Assembly (NCBI GenBank): GCA_043228905.1
Contig: JBHGNT010000006.1
Span: 1,240,001 to 1,304,000 of the forward strand
Source: Azolla caroliniana
Taxonomy: Eukaryota > Plantae > Polypodiophyta
Reading direction: 5' to 3'
DNA: 64,000 nucleotides
Notes under the pieces: model-generated
Told to the model about the DNA's origin: nothing
What the model saw: the letters and a program-made list of their open reading frames with translations, nothing else
Databases searched by the model: none
Position numbers and translations under genes: made by a program
Shown here: one piece after another, positions 1-12,719 of the stretch
How the letters are laid out: every line of letters starts with the position of its first letter
How positions within the stretch are numbered: the stretch's first letter is position 1

Positions 1-86
1 AAGGAAAAAGGGAAGGAAAAAAGAAAACAAAGGCAAAAGCTGAACACAGACAAACCAGTGGGAAATAGAGAAACAGAGACCCTTAC

Positions 87-175
87 GCCATTAAAGCTGA
101 TGATTGCTTTAGAGCTGCAGCATTGATTGAGCTCAGCCGAGCAGGAAGAAGAAGAAGAAGAAGACAAAAGCTCAT
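87..175 (-). CDS. Possible first exon of a gene running off the left edge of the window
   Basis: Minus strand reads ATG AGC TTT TGT CTT... (MSFCLLLLLLPARLSSINAAALKQSSALM), then GC|GTAAGG donor and a pyrimidine-rich intron-like tract to the window edge. It could instead be 5'UTR with the ATG just before the donor. Confidence 0.3.
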
Positions 176-546
176 GGGATGAGAGAGACACAGACTAGAC
201 TGACTGACTGATATGAAATGAAATGAAATGAAATGAAGTGAAATGAAATTTCTCTGTGAAAGCTATATTCCTGCATCGATTGTGCTTTTCATGGATAACA
301 AAGATCTGGGTGAAAGTACAGATTTGAACCCATGACCCCCTTTAAGTTCATTTAGATAGATGGAGGGGCTATATCTAGCAGCCTTACCTCTAGTCTCTAG
401 AGTTGGTGCAGACCCATTTGCTACTTCTAACTTCAAACCCTCGCCCCATCCCCAAAAATAGCACAAAAACTCGTGCAATGAATACGAAGGCTGTACCCTT
501 AGGAACGGGGGGGGGGGGGGGGGGGGGGGGGGGAGGAAGTGCTGAG

Positions 547-764
547 GAAAACCATCATGCAAGCGAAACTCGTTGAAGATGGTATTACTACCCCCCATGC
601 GAGATCACGGGCCATGGAATCGAAGAATAGGTGAAAATGATCTTTACGAAGACGTTATCCTTAGACACTATAGGAAATGCTCAAAGAAAACATCATGCAC
701 GCGAAACACGTTGAAGGTGGTGTTACTACCCCCCATGCAAGGTCATGAGCTGTGGAATTGAAGA
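547..764. repeat. Imperfect direct repeat (~80 bp unit, ~140 bp period) next to a poly-G tract at ~507-534
   Basis: aaaaccatcatgcaagcgaaactcgttgaagatggtattactaccccccatgc... recurs as aaaacatcatgcacgcgaaacacgttgaaggtggtgttactaccccccatgc... Confidence 0.7.
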
Positions 765-3700
765 CTCTATCATTAGGAATTCCTCTTTATCTCGTAGGCC
801 CAAGAATATCCAAGTATAAAGGCATCCTTCACCTTTATTTTTAATACAAAAGCTACAATCTATGATGGAATTGGAGACTATATCTTGCACGCGTATGTAT
901 ATATATATGGAAGACCATCTAAGTGAAATGGGTGAGAGCATCTCGACAATTTGAAGAAGATGCATTCCAAAACTTCAAATGCTATAAACCATATCCTCAT
1001 TATCGCCAAGGTTCACATCTCCACCAAGGACCATCCTATGGAAAATGACCCAAAGAGTGACGATCTACATAATTGCATAAAATACTTTTCATAATGAGGG
1101 TGGCACAACATACCCAAACATAGGATACAATGCACACTAGAGGGAATGTTGAATTGGTTAGTCATTGTGTGAACGCACCTAGACAAGTCTAATTTGTGAG
1201 GAACTTGGGCTTCGAAGGAGTTTATCTTTTCTAAGTTGTTGAGCATTGTTGAGTGTGAGAGAGCTTTCCAAGATGGTAACACTAATAGTTGAAAGACTAT
1301 AGAGCATTGGCACCACCATAAACTAGCTCCAAGGTGCATTGTTAGGAAAAGAAGCATGGTGTCAATAATGCTATGAAATAATGAAATAATAAGGTACAAC
1401 TCACTAAGATTACCTATAGTTCTAGAAATGCTATGAAGATGATTCTTTCCGACTTCTTCATCTCCTACATACTTAGGCTTAAGTCTTCCTTTTAGTTCTC
1501 TCTCTCGTAGTCACTTTTGTATCAAGGTAATCATTAATACAGAGAGGTTTCTTTGATTCCTCTTGTGCGATTAATACAAACTTTTAAGTCATCAAAGAGT
1601 GATTAAGGCAATTGTAGTCAAATGATTATCGATCTTAATCTTTCGAGTTTGTTTATAAGTGTAAGGTTGATTTCATAATGCCCATTACCAACGTAGCAAC
1701 TCGAAGCCAAGAAGAATCTGGCAACCTCCTCTTTGCATATTGCATAAGGAACAACTCTCAATACAACCACAACAAGGAGAACTAAATTTGATCGAGTAAA
1801 GATGAATTACAAAAAAAACTTGAAAATGCTTAGAAATAAATCATTTCAATGTCATAAAGCCCCACTATCTATAGGTCTAAAACTGTAACCATGTAATGTA
1901 TAATAACTCTTTTTGAAGGTTATGATGATTGGCAACGTTTGTAACTTTAATAAATATGACTCCTTGCAATTCTTGCTACTATTGAATAACATAGGCCCAC
2001 CCAAGTTTTTTACCTTCATGGATAAAGACACATTTGAATGCTAGACTTTAAGAATTTGAAATTAACTATATAATCTCGATTATGGTAAATTTTGTGGTAA
2101 GTGAAATCTTTGATGATGTTATTTCTAGAATTGCATAAAGTCAAATTTTAAGGTGATTCTTGGTAGTGATCTTATGTCCCTCAAATTATTTCTATAAATG
2201 TAAGGTTTTGGTTAATATTGACCTTAAAAGCCCATCATAAAGTCCACATTGTCTTTATGGTGCGTTTGTATTAAAGTCATACCATCACTTGAAGCAATGA
2301 TGAGCTTTCCGTAATTTCCCAAGAGCGTGACTTGTGTTGGAGAAGAAGAATCCAAGAAGAAAAAGTGAATAGAAAGGCGGCTTGATGGTATCAAGGAGAA
2401 CCACAAATTCATTTTCGTTATTTTTCCTTAATCAAATTATTATCAAGCTCTAAAATGTAAGAGGAGATATTTCTTGAAAACGTACTAGTGATTGCACAAG
2501 GGGGAAACAAGGGGGAAACATAGTTCTAGATATACCCAAAATGTAGTAAAGTTGGTTGCATAATTCAATTGGAAGACCAACCCTTGTGATATCGTAAACA
2601 AAAAAGAAAACAAGCTAACATTCCCACCGAGATAAGTTCTTCATTTAAACAAACTAAGATGCTTTGGAATCAATCCCTCGTTGTTTCTGGAATTGTACAG
2701 AGTCGATTAACATTTCGGGTAGAAGTCTTAGGATCGTGGCAGGTTACAGGGTTTGAAGTTAACAAGGGAAGGTTGGGCATAACAGTTAAACCCACAGGGT
2801 CATGGATTTATATTGTAGGGTGGCAATTTTTTTTGGGAAAAAAAAGATGCACAAGATCATGAACAATGATAAATATGGAAAGTGCAAGGAAGTCTCACAA
2901 AAACTCAAAGTTGGTTCAAATGAAGCACAAAGAATTTGGTTCTTATGCCACTTAGGGTCTGACGCACAATAAAATCCCAACTCACCCAAATGTTGTTTAG
3001 TCAACCTTCAACAAATCACTCCACACTCACATAAGCAACATCCCGACCTCACGGACTTCACCAATTGCAACTCCGATGCCATGATAGAGAATATCTTGGA
3101 TTTCAATTAATCTCTAGATTGTCAAATCCCTTTGCCATTCAAGTAGGTCTTGTCCGAATCATGAGCCCCCTAACACATCATTTGTTTAGGGTTGGGGCAC
3201 TCCATGATGAACTACCCCCAACAACCCATGTGTGTTATTTGCATCTCTAGCTGACTTGCAACAAGCAACTTTGAATGCAACACGGTCATCCACACATCAA
3301 GGCCATGGCCACACAACCTTCACACATCCAACTTTGTACCAAATGGAGGTTTTCCACTAACTGATAGATACACAAACCTCTCCAATTAGTACTCCTCAGG
3401 CTTCCACAACTCGATTGGCATACTCTCTTGTTGCCTCTACATATCAAGTTATGCAACCAAGTGAGTTGAGTTTCCTGAAGGGGTCAACACAATTCGTACC
3501 TTCCAAGAGTCACTATGAGCCTCATGCCTCATAGTAGGCTAGGATACGGATTGGCGGATGTCACTTTTTAAGTTAATATAAAATTAACACACACTAATTG
3601 GCACTAATATTTAAGAAATATGTTAGTGTTAATTTCATAGATAGGCCCTACATGAGAATTATATGAGAAGTCTCAATTTAATACATAATTACCACATAAG

Positions 3701-5329
3701 AATCATATGAAACTTTTCAATTAAGTAGACAAGTTCTATGTAAAAAACATGTGTATCCAAATTATAGTTTGGAAATTCAATATAGATGAAAAGGAGAGCT
3801 TTGTAGATGCAAAGAGGAGACAATGAGAACTAAAAGGTAGCCCCAAAGTTGGGGCACAAAAACCTCTTTTATGAAAGCTCATGCCATTTTATACAAGTTG
3901 GAAAAAGAACATACCCTTTTATATAACAAAGTCATTAATCATTCCTATCTAATAAAGCTTAGTTTTCTACACATTACAATATCACAATGTTTTCTTATCT
4001 ACATTTGGCATATGGCCAATATTCTAGGTTTGAATTTAAGTTGTTTGGGGTTGTTAAAACTAAAGAATATGACATTATTTCCCTTAACATCCAACTATTG
4101 GGGCCACTATAGAAGTCATCAACGTGTCATCATGGTAATTGCTATCCCAATAGCTCCTCACACACTAAGGATCTCCATGAGCAATGTAGTCATCATCTCA
4201 TAGGGAATGCCAGAACCACTATATACTAGAGGGCAACAAGCCTAATGATCACGAGTCTTTACATCAAAACTAACAACGCCCTTACCATCTTGTTTGAATT
4301 GGGTCATATGGCCATTCACACCACCCTAGGATGTTTCAATATAATAAGCTTAAGCACTTCAATACTAGTGTGTTTTTCTTGGACACCACACAATCCATTA
4401 ATAGAGTATGTGGATGTCTTCCAAGTCTAGACAAGGAAATAGACAATAGCACTGAACCTATGGGTAACGCATGAAGCAATTTTCAATCAAGAGAAAACCT
4501 TACGTGGTCCAAGAAACAATTGCTAAGAATGAACCTCTTAGCAAATTATTAGTGACCAACTATAGCAATTGGCTTTCCCATGGTCACGCTCACCATTGCC
4601 ATTGGAGAGAGACCAATCACTTGGTTGCATTCTAACTTGACGCCCCACATAATATATGGCTTGCCAACAAGCTAATGAGATCACCCTCTTATTGAAATAA
4701 CTATTAGGTTGTGTCATGATGTTGCATGGGTGATGGGAAAAAATGTAATTAAAGAAAATTATATGTCAAGCTAAGGATATAGCGAAAACTAGTGTAGATG
4801 CAAGACAATGGCAACTACAAGTCACAAATTAAGTAGTATGAGTTATCCATTGAAACAAAGAGGTTAATAGTTTGACCCGCTGGAGTTAGCTTGAAGAAAA
4901 GGACAAAGTGATAGGGTGCAAGGACAACAGAAGGTCACACTTGGGGATGAAGGTGCTAGGTGCACTTTGTGTTGTTTGCGTGACATTTGACGTACATCCA
5001 TAAAGAAAAAGTAGTGAGTGTCCATGACTTGGAAAGTAAGGGAATCCCCAATTATTGTCTATATGAGAAGGTATAGGGAGCTATAACATGCAAGGAGTTT
5101 TACTTCGTCGAATAGAATTCCATTAGAACTAGAAACAATTGTACTTGCACGAATCTATACACACCTCCCCAACCACTTTCTTCTTCTTTTTTATTTTAAG
5201 CTAATAGGATTGTTATGTTGATTCACATGAGATTCATGTGAGTTGAGATTTGTTTGATCCCTATCATGTGCTTGGCCTAGATCCCTTTTATAAGTCTAAA
5301 GCGCACTAGCCCAAAGAGCAACACAATTG

Positions 5330-6460
5330 CTTATCGTTGGAGCAACAAAATTGCAAGAGCCTATACACACAATGGGAAAGATCACGAAGCACTGAGTTGT
5401 TTAGAACATATGCAAGTTGAGGGAATTTCTCCTAATGCAATAACATTCATTTCCATCCTGAAAGCATGTGGCAACACTGGAGCAATAAATGAAGGCATCA
5501 AGATTCATGATGAGATTGACAAGGAGGGACTTGTTAGAGAAGAATATTGTGCTTGGCATTATGCTTGTGATACGTATGTGAAATGTTAGATGCTTGCAAA
5601 AGCAAAAGTTGTGCTACAACGAAATGTTGTCTGTTGGATTGCACTAATCATAGGGTACACTGAACATGGACATAGCACTGAAATATTTTGAGCGGATGCA
5701 AAGTGAAGGGTTCTCTCCGGATGTGATCACATTTCTTTCTATTATGAAGGCATGTGGTAGAATCGGAGCTCTAGACAAGGCCAAACACTTTCACCATGTG
5801 ATTTTGAGTAGGGGATTTCTTGGGAAGGATGTGATGCTTTGTAATGCCCTTGTTGACATGTATGCTAAGTGTGGTACGATTGCACAAGCACAAAAAGTGT
5901 TGGAAGAGTATCCTATTAGAGATGTTGTCACTTGGAATACACTAATTCAAGGGTATGTTGAGGATGGGCAATGTCATAAAGTATTAAATTGTTTTGAAAG
6001 GATGCAAAGCGAGGGCCTGTCTCCTAATACAATTACTTTGATTTACATCTTGACGGTTTGTGGAAGTGTAGAAGCCATTGACAAGGCAAAAGAAATTCAC
6101 GGTGAGATTGCGGATATGGCTCTAGTGGATAATGATGTGATGGTATTTGGCAATGCTTCAATGGACATGTATGCCAAATGTGGTATGTCTGGAACAACCA
6201 AGGAAGTGTTGGAAAAGTTTGTTTTTCAAGATGTGAATAGCTTGGAATGCACTCATTACAACATATGTCCAGCATGGACAAGGCCACAAAGCACTCGATT
6301 CATTTGAACAAATGCAAAGCATGGGCATTTCTCCAGATATGGTTACTTTTATCTGTATTTTGAAGGCATGTGGGAGTACCAAAGCCATAAAGAAGGGGAA
6401 ACAAATTCATCATGTTATTTACAGTAAGGGTTTTTTGGAGAAAGAAATTATGCTATTTTG
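5330..6460 (+). pseudogene. Disrupted PLS-class pentatricopeptide repeat (PPR) gene
   Basis: PPR motifs (NALVDMYAKCG, DVVTWNTLIQGY, PDVITFLSIMKACG) in ORFs 5666-6307 and 6312-6527 and upstream from ~5330. In-frame TAG near 5588, frameshift near 6240-6310, and the 3' end is lost where LINE sequence begins. Confidence 0.85.
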
Positions 6461-7860
6461 TACATGGCCTCTGGCCACTTTCATTTTAATACCAATGGAG
6501 GATTTTTTTTCAGGAAATAAAAAATAAAAAATTTGCAAGAGCCTCGCAAACCAACCTTTCTTGCTTGCATCACAACACAACATAAGAAGGTAGAAGTAGA
6601 AAAAATTATATTTTTGGGAATCTATAACTATCTCCTACCCATTCGCTTCTTTTATTTTACTTGAGTTAATAAGTTTTTTTAATAATTTATTTCTAAACAA
6701 CTTTGTACCGAATGGAACTTTCTCTTGTGTACTTGGTGTCACCTTAGGCCGTTCCTTGGGGCTTAAGAAAGAACTAGGGGAATGCTCGTCCGTGGGGGAG
6801 AGCTCTTGTAGTAGATCAAATCGATTGGGGCTCATAGGCGATGGAGGATTTTGTGCCTGTGAAGTTTTGCGAAGGACATGGGTTTTTTCTACCACTCGCC
6901 ATTCCATCACAGTCTTATCGGGTCGTGCTGGGGGAGACTACTGATGTCTTATGGTGTCCTGGCCTTCCAGAGTCTCCTTTGTAGGATCTTTAATACGTCT
7001 TGTGGGGTAGTTCTTTTTTAAATGACCAAGTTTTTTGCATGCAAAACATTGCCCCGGTGCGCCAATCACTTCTATGCGTTGTTCAATCCGCATTCCGTTT
7101 TTGCTGGGAATGAGGATCTTGGAGGGAAGTTTGTTGATGTCCTGCACCAATAGGCGGATAGAGGAAGGGCCTAGGTACTTCTTTAGCCTATCCACTAACG
7201 TTAGTTCCTCATCCAAAAGCATGTACATTTCCTTACAAAAGCACCTCAAAATGAAAACAGGGCGATTTCTATCGGCAAATCCAATTGTTGTTCAGTTTTC
7301 CGCATGAATAACCATGTGTTTCGGACCTGACAGGGAGACATGGTTATGAGGTTCGCTATGGAATCCTTGTCCTCTAGAACGATTTGATAAAAACCTTTAC
7401 CAAGCAGTTGGACTTCTTTTATTCCACCTATTTGTGAATGAAATTTGCCTTGCAACATATCTCGCAATAGTCCTCTATTTGGCCGTGATCCCACCACGCG
7501 GCATATGACTGTTATGCGCTCAAGTCAATCTATCTCCTGCTCAAGTAGAAGCAGAAGCATTTCTTCGCTATTGAAGCTAATCTCAACAGGACACCCGTTA
7601 TCTGGATTGTTTTGATCTTGCATTTGCTCTTTATCGATCGAGGGGTCTGTTTGAGATACGTGTTCGGTAGTGTCGGTGTGTGGTGTTTCCATGATTGATG
7701 GAATCGTCCAATCTGCTTTAGCTTGTGCTCCGGCTCCGCTCCGTTGTTACCACCCCAACTACCCTTTTCTTGAAGTGATTATTGTGAATTTTCCCAAATA
7801 TCCCATTTTTTGTTGTAAACCATTTGTCTCATGGGCCAATTTTGGCCTTAGAAGACGTTA
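6460..7860 (-). mobile_element. LINE (L1-like) ORF1 remnant, DUF4283-like region plus zinc knuckle
   Basis: Broken ORFs 7246-7497 (EVQLLGKGFYQIVLED...), 6938-7249 (CFACKKLGHLKKNYP, degenerate CCHC) and 6635-6910 (SPNRFDLLQE), typical of plant LINE ORF1. Confidence 0.7.
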
Positions 7861-7865
7861 ATACA

Positions 7866-8627
7866 TCTTTCTTTCTTTCTTTCTTTTCGTAAATCAATGT
7901 TTTGTTATTAAAACAAGATGATAATACAACCCTTGCTATCTTCACTACATCATCAGTAGTGATAATGCATGGGAAACCCTCTCAAGTGTTGCAAAACTAG
8001 ATGGCATACCTCTATCTCCTCTCGAGACAATGTCCCCAAACAACATAGTTGCAAAAATTGCCACATCAATTTCCCTTTCATCCTACGAAGTTGTTGTGTT
8101 ACCCCATGAAGTCCATCAAACAAGAACCCATTTCTCATGGTCCAATTAAACCACATCCCCCAATACCTAAGGCAGTCAAACACGACCTTATATGATGGTG
8201 CAGGCATGCATTTATCGTCATCAATAAAAACCCAGTTAAAATGTGACAAAATATTGCATGTTATCGATGCCCAAATTTGTGATATAACCACCCAAATGGC
8301 TTTAGCAACCGGACATGTAATGAACCTATGTCTGGCATCTTCCTCAACCACCGTGCAAAAAAAACATGTCCCATTTGAAATATTTCGCCGTTTTAAAGCC
8401 ATCGCCAAAGGCAACCCACCAACAATCACACACCAAAGAAATACCTTAGCACGAAACGGAATATGAGACTGCCATCCTACATCCAAAACTCTAGTCCACC
8501 ACTTTGCATGTCGAGTAATATACCATGTGTTTGCAGCCTTGGTTGCTAACCAAGCTCTATCTTCAACCAACTTATGGTATACATCATTAGTGTTCACCAC
8601 AAAAATTGATTGTCCAATACCAAACAT
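7866..8627 (-). mobile_element. 5'-truncated LINE, ORF2 C-terminus (zf-RVT) and 3' tail
   Basis: ORF 7953-8627 has W...IPFRAKVFLW...LP....L..R....CFFC....EDARHRFITCPVAKAIW (zf-RVT). A purine/A-rich tail lies on the minus strand at ~7866-7890. Confidence 0.8.
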
Positions 8628-8855
8628 ATTCTCTATGTACTCATATCATTGCAATTTCATTTGTTGTGTTATAGCAACATCCAATGCAAAACTTGTCCAA
8701 GTTCTTCACATATTTCTTTCTCACTCTCTCTGTTACACACACACACACACATTCTCTATACACACATATTCTCTATGTACTCATATCTTTGCAAATTCAT
8801 TTGTTGTGTTATAGCAACATCCAATGCAAAACTTGTCCAAGTTCTACACATATTT
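8624..8855. repeat. Direct duplication of ~92 bp separated by a CT/CA microsatellite
   Basis: acatattctctatgtactcatatc...acttgtccaagttct.cacatattt occurs at ~8624-8715 and ~8764-8855. Confidence 0.85.
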
Positions 8856-11800
8856 TAACTCTTATTTTTAGTTAATGATATATTAAATTCATTTTTTAAA
8901 ATACACATGGCAAAGAGGGGTATGGTTTTAGATTACTACAAATTTCTTAGACTTTCTATGTACATCAAACTTTATGTACCCACTTTGGGACCACTAGCAC
9001 CTACCTACTAATCCTCGAAGAATCATGACTCTCTAAGATGAATTGAAATTAAATCACCCTTCAAATTTGATATTTGTAAGAATTTTCAATCCAACTTGTA
9101 CTTGCATTATTTGAAAACTACATTTAAATTTGATGCTTAAAAGTATTTATTATAGAAGTTACTTGCACTAGCAACATTCAAAAGTCACCGTTAAATTTTG
9201 ATAATGAATGAGCTTCATGTAATTTGTAGATGAATCGTTGAAAAATCACCTTAAAGTTTTGCAAGCTTAATTAATTTAGTAAAATAGCATGCTTAAATAT
9301 TTAGATTCAAGGAAGACATCTCCTCTAGAAATTATGAGATGTTATTTAATGTTGAGTCCATGTTAACCAAATAATCTCAACAACTATTGGTAAAAGTTAA
9401 TAAGCTTCACGTAAAATTGTTGCTTTTTAACATGGTTTTTAGTCCTAATATCATATAAGAATGTTCAGGAAAAATGAATTTACTAGAAACTAATAAATAT
9501 TCGTCCAAATTTCTTCAAATGATTTATTGATGTAAATCTTTGATTCCAATTTCAAATGTAAAAGTAAAATTTGAAGGAATACAAGTCACATTATGTTTTT
9601 GAGCAACGATGGAAAATATCATTCTTTGAGTGACTCACATCATTATTATTCGCTTGCCTTCAAAAAGTTATTTAGTTTATAAAAGATTTTCTACTAAGAA
9701 TCATGCACAGACCTTCGGCCCAATGTCACTTCTCAAATTGGGGAACCCTTTAAAATTTAACAAGTGGCATAGAATTTCAACATTTACTTTGGTTGAGTAC
9801 CTATCTATCTTTACTTCTACTTTGTTTTTCTTATTTTACTTTCACTTTTGCTTTTGCTTTTAGTGGAGTTGAAATGTATGGATTAAAGTGACTTAAAGTA
9901 TATTATATATAAGAAGTATTCTACGTGCTCTTGACAAGGTTCAAATTTAGTCAATTCCTCTTAACTAGGCTATCATGATTTCAAATTGATTTTGGCTCTT
10001 GTCTTATTATTAAGAACTTGGGACACATAAAGGTTAAATCCTTCATTGTTTCCATATTTGTTGTGGGCTATTGCCCAATTCTTGAAACAATGCCACAACG
10101 AAGTTCGGTTTTGTTGTTACATTGCCTTGATCTAGATTTGTAACATGTGAAGTATACAATGACCCTCTTAGTTCTTTGGGCTAGCAACATAGATTCCTTT
10201 CAAATCTTCCATGTGGAGGTATGGAAAGTGGTCACATTAGACCACTTGCATCTTGTTGGTGATAGAGATGACGATCATTATAGGCAAGAACGCTCGAACA
10301 TCTTCGTAGTATAAATGATGGGCCACTAGAAAGCATAAGTAGATACTATTCATTCAACCACGTAAAAAAGTTGTGCAATCCCACATCTCTTCTCATCATA
10401 AGTGGCAAACCAATTGTGACGAGGCATCACATGGAAGGCTACTTTTGAGAATCAAAGGTCCATTCATGCTCGTTTTATGATTTGCATCTTTTGCTACCAA
10501 AAACAAGTGGGCATAATCAATATGAAAAACATGTCATCATGATCATTATTATAAGCATCGTTGATCATAGCATGAACATATACATCGGCATATCAACACC
10601 AGGGCACCATCATGGGCATGTATGACATTTATCTTTTGAAGTATTTCTTTCCATGTCCTTGTCCTCTCGCTTTGACTTTGTGCCTTCATTTTTATTGTTC
10701 CCACTTACCTTGTTTTCTCTCTTCCACTACATGCAATCCAACTTCATACAAACTACCTTGTTGGACTAGAAACATTAAAGTGCAAGTTAATCCTTTACTT
10801 TTTTCATCATCTGAATTCCCCATTTTACTTCGACATCGCTCATGTGCTACATGCACTCTGGTGAGATTTAGGACTTGATGCTTACTTGTTTGCCTTTCCA
10901 CTTAAGAGACTACTCACCCGCTCTCAAAATGTTATGAATCCATTTTGGGTGCATCTCCTCAACCTCTTGCAAAATGTGAACACAAAGTTGAGTTCATCAA
11001 TGTCTATCCACCATCATGTGTGCTCAATCTTTGTCTTGCAATATTGGAGGCTCTTCATTAAGTAGAGTTAGTTTGGCACCAAAGCTTTCTCATATGTGGA
11101 GCACAGTGTCTCTCATATGCCCTCCACCATGTCCTCTTTCATTGCATTAAGGCAATTTAAGTTGGGGAGATTTAGGCAAATGGTAGAACTTGCAAGCTCT
11201 TCCAACTATTCCTGTATAAAAAACACTATACTTAGAATATCTTGTGAGAAAAGACATTGATATGCAGTTCAACCATAATTCCCTCAAACTCTAGTTCATG
11301 GTTTTCACATCTTGTGCACCTACAATAATGGAATGCATTATTTATCAAGCACCAATATTGAATATTCCTAAGAGCGACAACAATCAAATGTGTACCCTCA
11401 TTTACATTTGGCTTTGGTAACTTATGTACAAAATTGATATGATTGTATACTAATCACCATTTGGTACCTAGGTAGAATGATTCTACCTTGAACAATAAGG
11501 TAGAACTTTCTTAGTTTCAAGCAATATTGTTGCTTAATATTTTCTTGGTATATCTTTATGTTTCAATGGAACTTTACATAGCTTCTAATAGACAGGAATC
11601 TCGTGCATGTATTTGCTTGTAAATGACATGATGGGTTAAAACATTGACGTTGTTAATGCTGAAGGGGCTACTAATGGCATAGCCTATTCCAACCTCTATC
11701 TAATTATAGAAGCTATTACACAAAGAAACAATCCCAAATTACAGAATATACATAGTGAATTTAGGACTATATAAATATAGGCCAATGCGATGGTCAATCC

Positions 11801-12382
11801 ACCATGGTGCAATTTTGGTTTTCCTGAATGCTCAGTTTTTTGTGATCCAGGGAAACCACAAACTACATATTTACGCTAGCATAGTCCAGTTCAATTCACA
11901 TGAAGCAGAATAATGCACCCAATGCTCTAGTCTTCATCTTTCTTCTGTTCAAAGACCGGAAAATGTTAAGTGAGGTTCCTCAATGCCACATCTTTGCATT
12001 CTAAACCGATCTCGTACCTCCACTATCTTTCTTTGAAGGTCAACGAGGAACAATTATAGGGAAGCCATGCTCTAAATTCAACCTCTACAACAGACTTTCG
12101 GGGTGGCTCGCCAAGCAAACAAGCCAAATATTTCCTCTGATTAATCAACCAGTGTCGGAAGATGTCCATGCAGTCTTTCAAGTACATCTGTTCAAATATC
12201 GGAAGTGACTGGTTCCTCGATGCCACATCTTCGCTTTTGGAGATCTGGTTATCGGCCCTTTCTATGCCTTGAGCCCTCTTTCTGGATCCACCCAAAACAA
12301 CTTGTGTCAACCAAGCTTAATTGAGGGGACTGAAGCTTGTTTAGACCTGGCCTCTACTACTGGTTTTCTTTCTGCATGCTGA

Positions 12383-12690
12383 CCTCATGACTTATCTATC
12401 CTCTCGCATTCTTTATAATGACCCCGCTCCCAATGAAGGTAAGCTAAAGCTAGGCATCAGTGAGCTTGGCACAGACAACAAACTCCTTCAGATGTTTAGC
12501 ATATCTGTTATGCTTCTTTCCCCTTAGACAATCAAAATTGTTTCAGTTCACATGACATATCCTCTCACATACTTTATAATGACCCCAGACCCTTTGAAGG
12601 TAAGCTGCATCTAGGCATCAATGAGCTTGGAATGAAGAACAAATTCCTTTGGATATTTAGCATATTTGTTATGCTTCTTTCCTCCTTACA
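12383..12690. repeat. Diverged tandem duplication (~165 bp period) in the 3' region of the PPR gene
   Basis: catgac..atcctctc.cat.ctttataatgacccc...tgaaggtaagct...ctaggcatca.tgagcttgg...tttagcatat.tgttatgcttctttcc appears twice. Confidence 0.75.
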
Positions 12691-12719
12691 CCAAATCAGA
12701 ATTTTTTTGGTCCTGACAG

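Noticed and set aside
263-598. Poly-proline ORF
   Set aside because: Produced by the poly-G tract, with no other coding signal.
1000-5000. Old retroelement remnants
   Set aside because: Composition suggests decayed TE sequence, but no boundaries or diagnostic motifs could be supported.
9950-11300. Coding-like degenerate sequence, possible DNA transposon
   Set aside because: No motif could be assigned by eye; many stops in all frames.
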